A stretch of 64,000 bases of DNA from Dehalococcoidia bacterium (GCA_965197645.1 OZ240219.1:2720001-2784000), one strand, 5' to 3'; positions 30,201 through 40,486 are shown, counted from the stretch's first letter. The notes: generated by a model not told the origin, from the sequence alone. Numbers and translations are program-made.

Positions 30201-30261
30201 ACCGGAGTGGCCTCTCCCGGTCTATGCGCCCGCCGGCGGCGATCCGAAAGCGCTGGGTCAC
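27250..30261 (-). CDS. soxA: Sarcosine oxidase subunit alpha
   Basis: GDT.ASALLANG, GRSFKYHRPRG, GAGPAG, GTDQGK, GcvT-like C-terminus. Confidence 0.96.
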   Translation of the reverse strand: MTQRFRIAAGGRIDRERPLRFSFNGKEYRGYQGDTVASALLANGVHLVGRSFKYHRPRGIVGSGAEEPNALLQVGRGGRAIPNLRATEVELYDGLEARSVNSWPSVEHDIGAVNSHLSRFLPAGFYYKIFMWPKGMWKTYEAFIRKAAGLGESPRKPDPDYYDRMNAHCDVLVVGAGPAGLAAALEAGRTGARVILADEQSEFGGSLLAGKELIDGAHASEWVASAIEELSTMDEVRLLPRSTVFGYYDHNFLAIVERRTDHLPPAERRGPRERMWRVRAKEVVLTAGAIERPLVFPNNDRPGVMQASAISVYINKHGVKPGSRAVVFANNDTAYQTAIDMLDADITVRAVVDVRSDSAGDLVSQVRERGIEVINGHVVTDVEGEKRVTGVEISPLDPSGSRVQPGSRRLRCDLVAVSGGWNPTVHLHCQSRGATRYDAGLACFVPEGPVVGQRSAGACNGAFPLAQCLAEGAVAGAEAARAAGFGDGSVSSEPPSTSEFHQGPIQAMWGVPSRHPVTREHKQFVDLQEDVSAADIVLSALEGYDSVELVNRYTTLGFGTDQGKLGNVNGIGILAQHLGKEIQSVGSITFRPAYTPVTMGAIAGRNVGELADPVRKTAIHPWHVARSAPFENVGQWKRPWYFPVNGESMNEAVNRECLAARNSVGLLDQSTLGKIDIQGLDSAEFLNRIYTNGWKKLGVGRCRYGLMLGEDGMVMDDGVTGKIAEDHFFMYTTTGGAANVMSWMERWLQTEWPELKVYLTSVTDQFATMSIVGPNSRRLITKLCDDIDFSRDAFPFMSFREGTVAGVPARVFRVSFTGELSFEVNVNANYGHYVWESIIEAGEELGIAPYGTESMHELRAEKAFIIVGQDTDGSVHPIDLGMDWIVAKGKDFLGKRSLSRPDSVRWDRKQMVGLLTENPSEVLPDGGQVIEDPNGAAPVPMIGHVASTYYSAYLGRSIALALIKGGRSRMGDLVYVSEGNGPAVPAVVASPVFYDPDRKRQDD

Positions 30262-30539
30262 TCGAGGCCTCCCGGCGGCGCCTGGCCGATCTTGTACACG
30301 GACTTGAACTCGTAGGTAACGGTGTCCCTCTCAGCGTTGAACCAGCGCCGGCAGCCGGCGGAGTGTACCCACTGTTCCAGCTCCCGTCCGCTGGGATTGT
30401 TACGCATGAAGAGATAGTCGGCCCACTCCACGTCGGAAAGAGCTTCAGGCTCTTTGGGCCGCACGATGTGGGCCTCGCCCCCATAGGAGAACTCGGACTC
30501 CTCCCGAGGGCCGCACCAGGGACATTCGATGAGCAGCAT
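30258..30539 (-). CDS. soxD: Sarcosine oxidase subunit delta
   Basis: MLLIECPWCGPR.E.EF.YGGEAH, W.H..GCRRWFN. Confidence 0.95.
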   Translation of the reverse strand: MLLIECPWCGPREESEFSYGGEAHIVRPKEPEALSDVEWADYLFMRNNPSGRELEQWVHSAGCRRWFNAERDTVTYEFKSVYKIGQAPPGGLE

Positions 30540-30553
30540 ATCGGCAATCTCCC

Positions 30554-31804
30554 TCAGTGGGCCACCGCGGCTGCGCCGTGCTCGTCTATCAGGTATCCCG
30601 TAGTGAACCTGTCCAGGTTGAAAGACTCGTTGAGACGATGGGGCTGATCGTTGGCGATGGTATGGGCGAACACCCAGCCCGACCCGGGCGTGGCTTTGAA
30701 TCCGCCGGTGCCCCATCCGCAGTTGAAGTACAACCCTTTGACGTGGGTCTTGCCGATTATGGGGCTGGCGTCGGGACAGATATCCACGGTGCCGGCCCAT
30801 TGTCGCAGCATGCGGAGGCGGCTGAACATGGGGAACAGCTCCACCACGGCCTCCATGGTCCCCTCGACTACCGAGAAGCTGCCTCGCATGGCGTAACCCT
30901 TGTAGGAATCGATGCCGGCGCCGATGATCAGCTCGCCCTTGTCGGTCTGGCTTACGTAGGCGTGTACGGCGTTGGACATCACCACTGTGTCCAGGACCGG
31001 CTTCACGGGTTCGGAGACCATGGCCTGCAACGGGTGGCTTTCGATGGGCAGCCGGACATCGGCCATCGAGGCCAGGACGCTGGAGTTGCCGGCGACCACC
31101 ACCGCCACCTTCTTTGCCTTGATGAATCCCCTCGATGTTTCCACGCCCACGACGTGATCGCCCTCGCGTCTTATGCCGGTCACCTCGCAGTTCTGGATTA
31201 TGTCGACTCCCCGGGCGTCGGCGCCCCGTGCGAACCCCCAGGCCACGGCGTCATGTCGGGCAGTACCGCCCCGTCTCTGGAAGGATGCCCCAAGAACCGG
31301 GTACCGGGAATCGGGCGACGTATTCATTATCGGCACCAGATCCTTGACCTGCCGTGCGTTGAGAAACTCCGCATCGATCCCGTTAAGCCGGTTGGAGTTC
31401 ACCCGCCGTTTCGTGTCCCTCACCTCCTGAAGATTGTGCACCAGGTTCAGCACCCCTCGCTGGCTGAACATCAGGTTGAAGTTGAGCTCCTGGCTCAGCC
31501 CTTCCCACAGCTTCATCGACCATTCGTACAAATGAGAGGTCTCGTCCCAGAGGTAGTTGGACCGGATGATGGTGGTGTTCCGGCCTACGCTGCCACCACC
31601 AATGTATCCCTTCTCCAGCACGGCAACGTTGGTTATGCCGTGCTCCTTGGCCAGGTAGTAGGCCGTCGCCAGCCCATGGCCCCCGGCCCCAACGATGATG
31701 ACCTCGTACTCTTCTTTAGGCTGGGGATTCCGCCATGCCCTGGGCCACTCTTCGTGGTGGCTGAAGCTGTGGCGGATCAGTTCTAGGAGTGAGTAATTGC
31801 CCAT
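30554..31804 (-). CDS. soxB: Sarcosine oxidase subunit beta
   Basis: [51 protein letters not shown]. Confidence 0.96.
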   Translation of the reverse strand: MGNYSLLELIRHSFSHHEEWPRAWRNPQPKEEYEVIIVGAGGHGLATAYYLAKEHGITNVAVLEKGYIGGGSVGRNTTIIRSNYLWDETSHLYEWSMKLWEGLSQELNFNLMFSQRGVLNLVHNLQEVRDTKRRVNSNRLNGIDAEFLNARQVKDLVPIMNTSPDSRYPVLGASFQRRGGTARHDAVAWGFARGADARGVDIIQNCEVTGIRREGDHVVGVETSRGFIKAKKVAVVVAGNSSVLASMADVRLPIESHPLQAMVSEPVKPVLDTVVMSNAVHAYVSQTDKGELIIGAGIDSYKGYAMRGSFSVVEGTMEAVVELFPMFSRLRMLRQWAGTVDICPDASPIIGKTHVKGLYFNCGWGTGGFKATPGSGWVFAHTIANDQPHRLNESFNLDRFTTGYLIDEHGAAAVAH

Positions 31805-31883
31805 GACAACGCAGCCGAGTATATCACCTTATCCTGGTCGGCAGAGAGATGGGGTTCCTATACGGCAGAGAGGGGACGATGGG

Positions 31884-32714
31884 CTACGACTTGTCCTCTT
31901 TGGGCCTGGCCGTGTAGTCCCCAAAGGGACCGTCTCGCCACTGGAGCGCGGCCCGAAGACCCTGGGTGCGACCGATCTCCTTGAATTTGGCGTTGGCTGC
32001 CGAGTAGTGGGTTATCGTAACCGTGTCGGTGGCCAGCTTTTGTGCCACCGCGTGTCCCATCAGGTCCATCACCTTGTTGATCAGGGACTTGTGGGGCATC
32101 GACAGCTCCAGGGGTACGTTGGCTATCCGGCCGGCCAGCGTTCTGACCTCGTTTTCGAGATCGTCAGCCGGGACGGCCTTGAGGATGAGCCCGATCTTCT
32201 CGGCCGTGGTCCCGTCGAAGGGGTCCCCGGTCATCATCAAGCGCTTGGCCCACTGAGGCCCCACCAGGTAGGTCCACATGTGGTTCACCACCGACTCGAT
32301 GCCCCGAACGTCCGGCGTTCCGAAGGTGGCGTCCTCGGCGGCTATGACTATGTCGCAGGAAAGGGCCAGGTCGGTGCCGCCGGCCAGGCAGTAACCGTGG
32401 ACCTGGGCGATGATGGGTTTGCTAAGGTGCCACAGCCGGTTCCACTGGGAGGTGATATGGCGATAGGATAGCAGGTTGGAGGCCAAGTCTTCTTTGCTGC
32501 CGTCCCTGGGGGTGATATCGTATCCCGCCGACCAGGCCCTGCCCGCGCCCCTCAGAATCACCACGCTTACGTCGTTGTCCCCGGCGGCCTCTTCTGCCGC
32601 GTCCACGATATCGTCGATGAGTCCGGCGCTCAGCGCGTTCAGCTTATCGGGCCGGTTCATCGTGACAGTGGCTATTTTGCCGTCTTTTTCATACAGTACG
32701 TTCTCGTAGGCCAT
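31884..32714 (-). CDS. Enoyl-CoA hydratase/isomerase (crotonase) family protein
   Basis: NRPDKLNAL, SAGYD, KP.IAQVHGYCLAGG.DLAL.CD. Confidence 0.92.
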   Translation of the reverse strand: MAYENVLYEKDGKIATVTMNRPDKLNALSAGLIDDIVDAAEEAAGDNDVSVVILRGAGRAWSAGYDITPRDGSKEDLASNLLSYRHITSQWNRLWHLSKPIIAQVHGYCLAGGTDLALSCDIVIAAEDATFGTPDVRGIESVVNHMWTYLVGPQWAKRLMMTGDPFDGTTAEKIGLILKAVPADDLENEVRTLAGRIANVPLELSMPHKSLINKVMDLMGHAVAQKLATDTVTITHYSAANAKFKEIGRTQGLRAALQWRDGPFGDYTARPKEDKS

Positions 32715-32875
32715 TACTTACCTCTCCAGTCTATGTCCTCTTTTGGGCCACCCGACGATACTAGCCGCTCCAGGGCATGTCAACACCAACTGCCAGCAAG
32801 CCGATCTGCTCCAACCTCCTCAGCGCCTTCGATATTGATACAATGCTGACGGGCATATAGAAAGGCCCCAATCAA

Positions 32876-34123
32876 GTGCGACGATACCTCTACTGCCATT
32901 TCCTGCTCCTCTTTGCCGGTCTCATATTTGCCGCCTGCGGTCAGGGTGAAGTCGAACCGGCCCCACCGGGCACGTCACCCTCGGTTACGTCAACTCCAGA
33001 ACCAGAGGAGGCCGCTCCCACCCCCTTGGGGCCCCAGCCCCTGCAGGAGCTGAGTCTGGAGCGCGCCTTCGCCGGAACGACTTTCCGGCGGCCGACGAAC
33101 CTGGTCCAACCCGACGACGGACAGAACAGTATCTTGGTCACCGAGCAAGCGGGGATCATCAGCGCTTTCTCCACCGATCAGGAGGCCGTGAGCGCCCAAA
33201 TCTTCCTAGATATCACAGACCGAGTGACACAGGCAGGCAACGAAGAGGGCCTGCTGGGCCTGGCTTTCGACTCCAACTACAAAGATAACGGCTACTTTTA
33301 TGTCTATTACTCGGCCCTCGGATCCCACCTATCGGTGATATCGCGCTTTTCACTAGACTCCAACGGTACCGGCCGCGCCGATCCGGATACCGAGCTGGTG
33401 ATCCTGCAGATACCCCAGCCCTTTACCAATCACAACGGCGGCCAGCTCACCTTTGGGCCGGACGGATACCTGTACATCGGGCTCGGAGATGGTGGTGGCG
33501 GCGGCGACCCCGGGGGCCACGGCCAGAATACAGAGACGCTGCTGGGCGCCATCCTCCGCATCGACGTCTCCGAATCCACGACCGATAATCCTTATCAAGT
33601 ACCGCCGGACAACCCCTTTGCCGGGGTGGATGGATTTAGAGACGAGATCTGGGCTTACGGGCTCCGCAACCCGTGGCGGTTCTCCTTCGACCCCGTAAAT
33701 GGCTCTCTGTGGGTTGCCGACGTAGGACAGAACAAGTGGGAGGAGATAGACCTGGTTGAGAGGGGTCGGAACTACGGCTGGAACATCATGGAGGCCGAAA
33801 GCTGTTTCTCTCCCAGCTCCGGCTGCGATAAATCGGGCCTGGATCTGCCGGTGTTGGCCTACGGCCACGATGAGGGATGCTCGATAACCGGCGGCTACGT
33901 GTACCGAGGCTCGGCGCTGCCGTCCCTTCAGGGCGCCTACGTCTACGGAGATTACTGCTCGGGCAAGATCTGGGGGCTGAGGTATGACGGCAATTCCGTA
34001 ACCGAGCACAAGCTCCTGGTTGACTCCGATCTGCGCATCGCCTCCTTCGGCGTGGACCTGGCGGGCAATCTGTACGTCCTGTCCCTCAACGACGGCATAC
34101 ACATCCTCGTTCCCGCCGAGTAA
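32876..34123 (+). CDS. PQQ-dependent glucose/sorbosone dehydrogenase family lipoprotein
   Basis: Lipobox FAAC, EEGLLGLAF, NHNGG, GDGG, YGLRNPWRFSFD, DVGQ..WEEI. Confidence 0.93.
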   Translation: MRRYLYCHFLLLFAGLIFAACGQGEVEPAPPGTSPSVTSTPEPEEAAPTPLGPQPLQELSLERAFAGTTFRRPTNLVQPDDGQNSILVTEQAGIISAFSTDQEAVSAQIFLDITDRVTQAGNEEGLLGLAFDSNYKDNGYFYVYYSALGSHLSVISRFSLDSNGTGRADPDTELVILQIPQPFTNHNGGQLTFGPDGYLYIGLGDGGGGGDPGGHGQNTETLLGAILRIDVSESTTDNPYQVPPDNPFAGVDGFRDEIWAYGLRNPWRFSFDPVNGSLWVADVGQNKWEEIDLVERGRNYGWNIMEAESCFSPSSGCDKSGLDLPVLAYGHDEGCSITGGYVYRGSALPSLQGAYVYGDYCSGKIWGLRYDGNSVTEHKLLVDSDLRIASFGVDLAGNLYVLSLNDGIHILVPAE

Positions 34124-34175
34124 TCAGGTGCATTTCCCTATATACTGAGGCCGGTCCGTTAGACGAGGGAGCAGC

Positions 34176-35789
34176 ATGCCCGAAATGACCGGCGGCCAAG
34201 CCCTGGTCCGCTCCATTTACCAAGAGGGTGTCCGGGTGATCTTCGGGCTGCCCGGCGTACAGCTGTACCATGCCCTGGACCCCATCACCGACTATCCCGA
34301 CCTCCGTTTCATTACCACCCGGCACGAGCAGGCCACCACCTACATGGCCGACGGCTACGCCCGTGCCTCTGGGGATATCGGCGCATCGATGATGGTGCCG
34401 GGTCCGGGACTGCAGAACGCCTCGGCGGGGATCGGCAACGCCTACGCCGCCTCGTCCCCGGTCCTCGTCATAGCGGGCCAGATCAACCGCGACCACATCG
34501 GCAAGGACATCGGTATCCTCCACGAGATCAACGACCAGCTTGACACCGTCAGGTCGATAACCAAGTGGAGCGCTCGCGTTCTGGACGCCAGGGATATCCC
34601 CGGCGCCATCCACGAGTGTTTCGTGCAGCTTCGCACGGGCCGGCCCAGGCCGGTGGAGATAGAGATTCCGCCCGAAACCCTGGCCGAGGCAGCCGACGTG
34701 GAGCTGCCCGAGCCGGGCGTGTTTCCTCCCGCTCCCGTCGATGCCGGCGCTGTTCAGGACGCCATCGATCTCCTGTCCAACGCTGAGAGGCCCGTCATCT
34801 GGGCCGGCGGCGGCGTGCACTCCTCCGGCGCCTGGCAGGAGCTGCTGAGCGTGGCGGAACATCTGCAGGCGCCAGTGATCACCACGGCCGAGGGCAGGGG
34901 CGCCATATCCGATCGTCACTACCTGTCGATAGGGGTCACGCGGGGCCGGTCAACGGGACAGGTGATGGACTCGCTGCGGGAGTACTTCACGACCTGCGAC
35001 GTTGTCCTCGCCGTGGGCACCAGGTTCGCCACGGCCGAGTCGCCCGCATCGCAGAAGGTAGTGCAGATCGACGTAGATGAGGACGAGATTGGGCGGAACC
35101 ATTCAAACACCATGGGCATATTGGGCGACGCCAAGGTTGCCCTGGCACAGCTGGGGGCGGCACTACGCAGCTCGATTAAACCCCGACCATCGGTCCGAGA
35201 TGTGACGGAAGCGATTCGGGCTGACCGCCTTGACCCCAATAAGCAGATAGAATCGCTGGGGTCCTACGTTCGGGTGTTGAGAGAAGTCATGCCCGACGAT
35301 GGGGTGCTGGTGCCGGACATGACCCAGGTCGGTTACTACTCCAGGGCCTACTATCCGGTCTACGAACCCAGGACATACTTCACCTCCTCCTACGCCGGGA
35401 ACCTGGGGTTCGCCTATCCCACGGCCCTTGGGGTCAAGGTTGCGAAGCCGGATGTCCCCGTCGTATCGATATCGGGAGACGGCGGCTTTCTATTCAACTC
35501 CCAGGAGATGTCGACCGCTGCCCAGTACAAGATTGGGGCTATCGCCATCGTCTTCAACGACAACGCCTACGGCAACGTCCTCAGGGACCAGAAGACTAGT
35601 TTCGATGGCCGGACGGTGGGTGCGGAGCTTCAGAACCCGGACTTTGTCAGGCTGGCGGAAGCCTATGGGATAACGGGTGTTCTGGCGAGAGGTCCAGAGA
35701 AGCTGGGCGCAGCCCTGCGCCAGGCGATAGACCGGGATGAACCAGCCCTCATCGAGGTCCCCTTGGGACCGATGCCCTCGCCCTTCTAG
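34176..35789 (+). CDS. Thiamine-diphosphate-dependent enzyme (second paralogue)
   Basis: IFGLPG, RHEQA..YMADGYAR, GDGGFLF..(N)..FND. Confidence 0.93.
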   Translation: MPEMTGGQALVRSIYQEGVRVIFGLPGVQLYHALDPITDYPDLRFITTRHEQATTYMADGYARASGDIGASMMVPGPGLQNASAGIGNAYAASSPVLVIAGQINRDHIGKDIGILHEINDQLDTVRSITKWSARVLDARDIPGAIHECFVQLRTGRPRPVEIEIPPETLAEAADVELPEPGVFPPAPVDAGAVQDAIDLLSNAERPVIWAGGGVHSSGAWQELLSVAEHLQAPVITTAEGRGAISDRHYLSIGVTRGRSTGQVMDSLREYFTTCDVVLAVGTRFATAESPASQKVVQIDVDEDEIGRNHSNTMGILGDAKVALAQLGAALRSSIKPRPSVRDVTEAIRADRLDPNKQIESLGSYVRVLREVMPDDGVLVPDMTQVGYYSRAYYPVYEPRTYFTSSYAGNLGFAYPTALGVKVAKPDVPVVSISGDGGFLFNSQEMSTAAQYKIGAIAIVFNDNAYGNVLRDQKTSFDGRTVGAELQNPDFVRLAEAYGITGVLARGPEKLGAALRQAIDRDEPALIEVPLGPMPSPF

Positions 35790-35790
35790 C

Positions 35791-37323
35791 CTACTTGTTC
35801 CGGTCCTTCAGGATGGCCATCGCCGCGTTGTGCCCCGGCGCGCCGGTGATCTCTCCACCGGGATGAGTGCCCGAGCCGCATAGATACAGGTTGTCCACCG
35901 GAGATCTGTGTGCCGGACGGCGGGAAAAGTACTGGCTGGGGATCATGTCCAGGTGCCTGATGTTGCCATCGGTCATGCCCGTGTGGGTCTGAATGTCCTG
36001 GGGTGTCTGCAATGTCCAGTCCAGCAGGATGTCGCGGAAGTTGGGGGCGTACTGGCTGAAGGTCTCGATCAGATTCTCCGCCACCTCCCGGCCGGCCTCC
36101 TCCCAGGAACCGTCTTTGATCTCGGCCGGATAGTACAGAGTCCAGCTGGACATCACGTGCATCCCACGGGGCGTCAGCGTCGGATCCCAGATAGAGGGGA
36201 TCTGGACGTGCATAATCGGGTGCATGGAAGGTCTGCCGGCCTTGCAGGCGTCCCAGCTGGCCTGAAAGTAGTCGACGCTGGGAATTATCTTGGTGTAGGT
36301 TGCCCGTTTCGGATCGTACCCATCGCCAAGGTAGCGGGAGAAGTCGGGCAGCTCTTTGAGCGCGGCCAGGAACTTCACCGGGTTGGCCTGGGTCCTCAGG
36401 CTCTTGATATGCCCGATGAAATCGGAGTCCAGGTCCGACGAGTCGATGAGGGATAGGTAGGTGGTCTTGGGGTCGGCGTTCGAGATCACTATGTCGCTGC
36501 GCAGCTCTTCCCCACCCGCCAGCCTGACCCCCTGGGCGACTCCACCGTCTATCAAGACCCGCTCCACCTTGGCATCCGTCCTGACGTCGACGCCCTGGGC
36601 CTGGGCAGACCTGGTGACGGCCTCGGCGACCTTGCTCATCCCGCCCACCGGGATGCCGAAGTACTCTTCCTTGTTGAAGCGGCCTATCCACGAGATGGCG
36701 CAGGCCGATAGCATACTGCCGGGAGCGCTGATGTCTCCCATGTCCTGCGCGTTGGCGAACACCGCCTTCACCCTCTCGTCCTCGAAGTACCGGTCCAGCA
36801 GGTCTCTAACGGAGACCGTCAGCATCGTCTCCCACACCTCCTCGTCCCGGGTCCCTCGCACCGACTCGCTGATCTCGGCGTAGGTTGGAGGTTCAGTGAG
36901 GAAGTAGCGGTGGAGTATGCCCCCGGCCCGCTCCCAGAGCGATGTCCATTCCCCGAAAGCCTGCGCGTCGTGCTCCGAGTATCGGCGGATCTCCTCCTGG
37001 GTCTTCCGATCGTCCCGCCAGAGGCTCAGATGGGAGCCGTCCGGGAAGGGATGAAAGCTGGCAGGATCGTAGCTGTACACCCCGTAGCCGTAGTCCTGCA
37101 GCTTCAGGTCCTCGATTATCTTGCCCTGGAATACGTGACAGACGTAGGGGCAGTAAGGAGCGGTGAATCCGGGCGAGATCTCCTCGCTTACTATCGCTCC
37201 GCCGGTCCGGGGCAACCGGTCCAGCACCAGCACTGAGAGACCGCCCCGGGCCAGGTAGTTGGCGCAGATCAGGCCGTTGTGTCCGGCCCCGATGATGATG
37301 GCGTCGTAGCGTTTGTCTGACAT
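35791..37323 (-). CDS. Phytoene dehydrogenase-like FAD-dependent oxidoreductase
   Basis: GAGHNGL.CA.YLA, GGM, LYLCGSGTHPGG.I.GAPG.NAA. Confidence 0.92.
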   Translation of the reverse strand: MSDKRYDAIIIGAGHNGLICANYLARGGLSVLVLDRLPRTGGAIVSEEISPGFTAPYCPYVCHVFQGKIIEDLKLQDYGYGVYSYDPASFHPFPDGSHLSLWRDDRKTQEEIRRYSEHDAQAFGEWTSLWERAGGILHRYFLTEPPTYAEISESVRGTRDEEVWETMLTVSVRDLLDRYFEDERVKAVFANAQDMGDISAPGSMLSACAISWIGRFNKEEYFGIPVGGMSKVAEAVTRSAQAQGVDVRTDAKVERVLIDGGVAQGVRLAGGEELRSDIVISNADPKTTYLSLIDSSDLDSDFIGHIKSLRTQANPVKFLAALKELPDFSRYLGDGYDPKRATYTKIIPSVDYFQASWDACKAGRPSMHPIMHVQIPSIWDPTLTPRGMHVMSSWTLYYPAEIKDGSWEEAGREVAENLIETFSQYAPNFRDILLDWTLQTPQDIQTHTGMTDGNIRHLDMIPSQYFSRRPAHRSPVDNLYLCGSGTHPGGEITGAPGHNAAMAILKDRNK

Positions 37324-37334
37324 GGCTCGCTCAC

Positions 37335-38501
37335 CTAGGTGTTGTAGGCTCCATCCTGCCAGCCCCAGGACTCTCGCCAGGATCCGTCAAGGCCGTCGAA
37401 GCGGCTGAGCTTGAGCCCCGAGATATCGAAGGAGCACTTGCCTTCGGTTACCAGCTGGGTCACGGCGATCCCGGTGGCCGGGCACAGCCCGTACCCGTGG
37501 GCCGATGCGGTGACCAGCACAAACCCGTCCGGATCGTCCAGCCTATCGATGATGGGGTACTGGTCCGGCGCCTGCTCCACGATGCCCGCCCAGCTCCGAA
37601 GCACCGGCGTGTTCTCGACGCCCGGCAGCAGCTCGGCCAGCCTGCGGGCTATGTTGCGAATGAGGGGTGTGGTGGGCTTGGAGGGCTCGCTTTCCAGGTC
37701 CACCTCGGTCCACTCGTGTGCGCCGCCTCCGAAGATCAGGTTGCCCCGCAGCGTCTGGCGCCCGTACAGCCCATTGCCGGCCAACGCTATCCCAAATCTA
37801 GGCTCGAGGGGGACGGTGCAGATTATCTCCACCCTTGCAGGGGCTACCGGCACCTTCACACCGACCATCTCTGCGATGAGGGCAGTTTGCGGACCGGTGG
37901 CGCATACCACGGTCTCTGTGCTTATGGGCCCCTCCGTCGTATCCACGGATGTAATTTTGCCCTGCTCCATGTTGATACCCGTAACTGCCGTCCTCTCCCT
38001 CAACCTGCCTCCCCTGTCCAGGAACGCCCAACCGTAGGCCTGTACGGTGCGCTGGGTGTTGCCGTGGCCTCCGTTGGGCAAGAGGGCGCCGCCCAGGGCC
38101 TTTTCCGAGATGCCGGGTATCATGTCCTGCACCTGCAGAGCATCTATCATCTCCGCCTTTACGCCGAAATCGGATGCCTCGGACTTTTCCTCGTAGATGT
38201 GGCCCATCTCCTCCTCGGACATGCCGACGTGAAGCCGTCCTTCGTGGACGAACTCTACGGGATAGCCCAGCTCCTCCTCCAGGGTCGGCCATAGCTTCAG
38301 CGACTCGATGGCGATGGGCACGACGGGCGGCTCTCCGATTCGTTCGCTGATCATACCGCCGTTCCTGCCCGAAGCCTCGGACCCCACTGTCCCCTTCTCC
38401 ACCACCACTACGTCCAGGCCAGCCTTGGCGAGATAATAGGCTGAGCTGAGGCCCGATACGCCTCCTCCAACGACCACGACGTCTGCGCTATGGTTAGCCA
38501 T
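37335..38501 (-). CDS. DAO-family FAD oxidoreductase (HcnC/opine oxidase B-like)
   Basis: VGGGVSG.S.AY.LA, ASGRNGG, WAG...PD..PII, HGYGL.P. An alternative start at 38516 overlaps the upstream stop. Confidence 0.88.
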   Translation of the reverse strand: MANHSADVVVVGGGVSGLSSAYYLAKAGLDVVVVEKGTVGSEASGRNGGMISERIGEPPVVPIAIESLKLWPTLEEELGYPVEFVHEGRLHVGMSEEEMGHIYEEKSEASDFGVKAEMIDALQVQDMIPGISEKALGGALLPNGGHGNTQRTVQAYGWAFLDRGGRLRERTAVTGINMEQGKITSVDTTEGPISTETVVCATGPQTALIAEMVGVKVPVAPARVEIICTVPLEPRFGIALAGNGLYGRQTLRGNLIFGGGAHEWTEVDLESEPSKPTTPLIRNIARRLAELLPGVENTPVLRSWAGIVEQAPDQYPIIDRLDDPDGFVLVTASAHGYGLCPATGIAVTQLVTEGKCSFDISGLKLSRFDGLDGSWRESWGWQDGAYNT

Positions 38502-38515
38502 CTTCCTTTCCCGCA

Positions 38516-40024
38516 TCAGCTTCCGCGGTGAAGCTGCTCCATCTGCTCTGTAGGGTATCGGAACCACTTGACCCAGTCTGAGCGTACCTGCTCCGTCTCG
38601 TCCTGAGGCCACATGACCTTCAGAGGTATAGGCCGCACCGGGGCGCGGTAAGAGGGCTGCGGTACCCGGGAGATGTCTTCTCCGGTGGAACGGGCCACCA
38701 GCATCGCCACCTCCTCCCGGCACCTCCTACCCTGGCAGTAGCCCATGCCCGCCCTGGTGACCCTCTTCAGCTGGTTGAGGTCCACGGGGCCGGCGGCATT
38801 CATCGTCTCCATGTTTCTGCGGTCCATCGGTTCCGAGGACCAGTGGAGATAGCCGGGCGGTGATGTATCGATCAGGTCCCTACGGCTGACCTCTTCGCAC
38901 TGGCAGATGGTAGGCTCCATGCCTCCCGCTGCTATGAGAGATGATAACCAGGAATCGACATATTGGGCTTGAGACTCGTCTGCAGGTACATAAACGGGTC
39001 CTGAACTCGATAGGCCCAGCGCTGCGGCGGAGGCCGCCACGCCCTGAGAGATAGCGATATCAGGCTTGGCGACCATGGCCTCGGTGAACCCGCCGCCGTC
39101 GCCGACCACGTACACGTTCTCGATACTGCTCCTCATGTGGCCGTCTCTATCCGGCGCCCAGCCGCCGTGCCCGGCGCGGTAGCTCAGGTCGCAGCCTGTG
39201 ACGTAGGGCAGCTCAACGTTGGGCACCAGGCCTATAGCGAGGCAGACGGTATCACAGTCGATCTCCCGAGCGGTCCCACCAATGGGTCGATGCTCCTCGT
39301 CCACACCGGTAATCACGATCGACTCCACTTCTCGATGGCCCTTGACCTGCACCACAGTATGAGAGACATAGAAGGGTACGCCCCGAGCTTCTATCTCGGA
39401 CCGCAGTGCATCCTCGCCTCGTACCTCGGGGGCCACGTCCACGATGGCGGCAACATCCATGCCGTTGTCCAACGCCAGTTTTGCGGTGGACAGCCCTAGG
39501 TCTCCGGAACCCAAGACCACAATACGTCGCGCCGTCAGGGACTGGTACCGGCTGACCAGCGATTCCACTGCGTTGGCCCCCATTACCCCAACCAGCTCGC
39601 GGCCGGGAAAGGCCAGCGCCAGGTCTCGGGTGCCGGGTGCCAGAATGAGCCGGTCGTATTCCAGCATCCAGGACCGCTCCGCATCGGCCAGGCCCAGAAC
39701 GGGACTATCCAGCTGGCGGCTGTTCTCCTGATTGCGGAAGCTCCCCCAAACTGAGACCCCAAGCTGCACGTCGACGCCATGCTCCTGGGCCTCGTTCAAA
39801 AGCTGGTTGGAAGCCACTACCCGCTGGAGCATCAGGCCCCTGTCCGAGACCGTGGGCATCATGCGCTGACCGTAGAGATAGGGGATGTCCATGCCCATCA
39901 TCGACAGGCTGATCGGGTTCTCATCGATCAGGACGGTGTGAGCACCGGCCCGAGCCGACTCTATCGCCGCCGACGCCCCCGCCCGCCCTCCACCAACCAC
40001 TACCAGCTCCGCTCTATCCATCAT
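38516..40024 (-). CDS. FAD/NAD(P)-binding oxidoreductase with BFD-like [2Fe-2S] domain (HcnB/opine oxidase A-like)
   Basis: GGGRAG, ICQCEEV, KR.TRAGMG.CQGRRC, R.PVRP. Start MMDRAEL. Confidence 0.88.
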   Translation of the reverse strand: MMDRAELVVVGGGRAGASAAIESARAGAHTVLIDENPISLSMMGMDIPYLYGQRMMPTVSDRGLMLQRVVASNQLLNEAQEHGVDVQLGVSVWGSFRNQENSRQLDSPVLGLADAERSWMLEYDRLILAPGTRDLALAFPGRELVGVMGANAVESLVSRYQSLTARRIVVLGSGDLGLSTAKLALDNGMDVAAIVDVAPEVRGEDALRSEIEARGVPFYVSHTVVQVKGHREVESIVITGVDEEHRPIGGTAREIDCDTVCLAIGLVPNVELPYVTGCDLSYRAGHGGWAPDRDGHMRSSIENVYVVGDGGGFTEAMVAKPDIAISQGVAASAAALGLSSSGPVYVPADESQAQYVDSWLSSLIAAGGMEPTICQCEEVSRRDLIDTSPPGYLHWSSEPMDRRNMETMNAAGPVDLNQLKRVTRAGMGYCQGRRCREEVAMLVARSTGEDISRVPQPSYRAPVRPIPLKVMWPQDETEQVRSDWVKWFRYPTEQMEQLHRGS

Positions 40025-40037
40025 GCCCCCTTCGATA

Positions 40038-40481
40038 CTAGGAAGATGCTCTACTCGGTACTGAGAGGATGGCCTTCCCCCGGTCCAGGACCCTGTTGCC
40101 TTCCTGGTTTTCGATCCATAGCTCGCATTCCACCAGGGTCTCTTCCTTCTCGGTGCGCTTATCGGCCACCCGGCCCTTGCAGGTGAGATCGTCCCCCGAG
40201 AACACAAACCCGGTATACCGAAAGGCGAGCCGCTTCAGCATGGAGTCTATTCCCGTCCAGTCCAGCACTTGTTGGGCCAGAAAGGCGCCCATCTGCTGGC
40301 CGTCCAGGACCGGGGCTCGCATCCCTATGCTGCTGGCGTAGTCCCTATCGTGGTGGAGCTTGTGAAAGTCCCAGGTCGACGCCCCGTACATCATCATCGA
40401 TACCGAGTCGACGTGTTTCGACAATGAAGGTATCTCGTGCCCGACCTCTACATCCTCGAAGCACAACCCGTTTTCCCGCAT
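40038..40481 (-). CDS. MaoC-like hot-dog dehydratase
   Basis: YGAS.WDFH.LH.D..YA hydratase motif. Confidence 0.85.
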   Translation of the reverse strand: MRENGLCFEDVEVGHEIPSLSKHVDSVSMMMYGASTWDFHKLHHDRDYASSIGMRAPVLDGQQMGAFLAQQVLDWTGIDSMLKRLAFRYTGFVFSGDDLTCKGRVADKRTEKEETLVECELWIENQEGNRVLDRGKAILSVPSRASS

Positions 40482-40486
40482 CGGAG

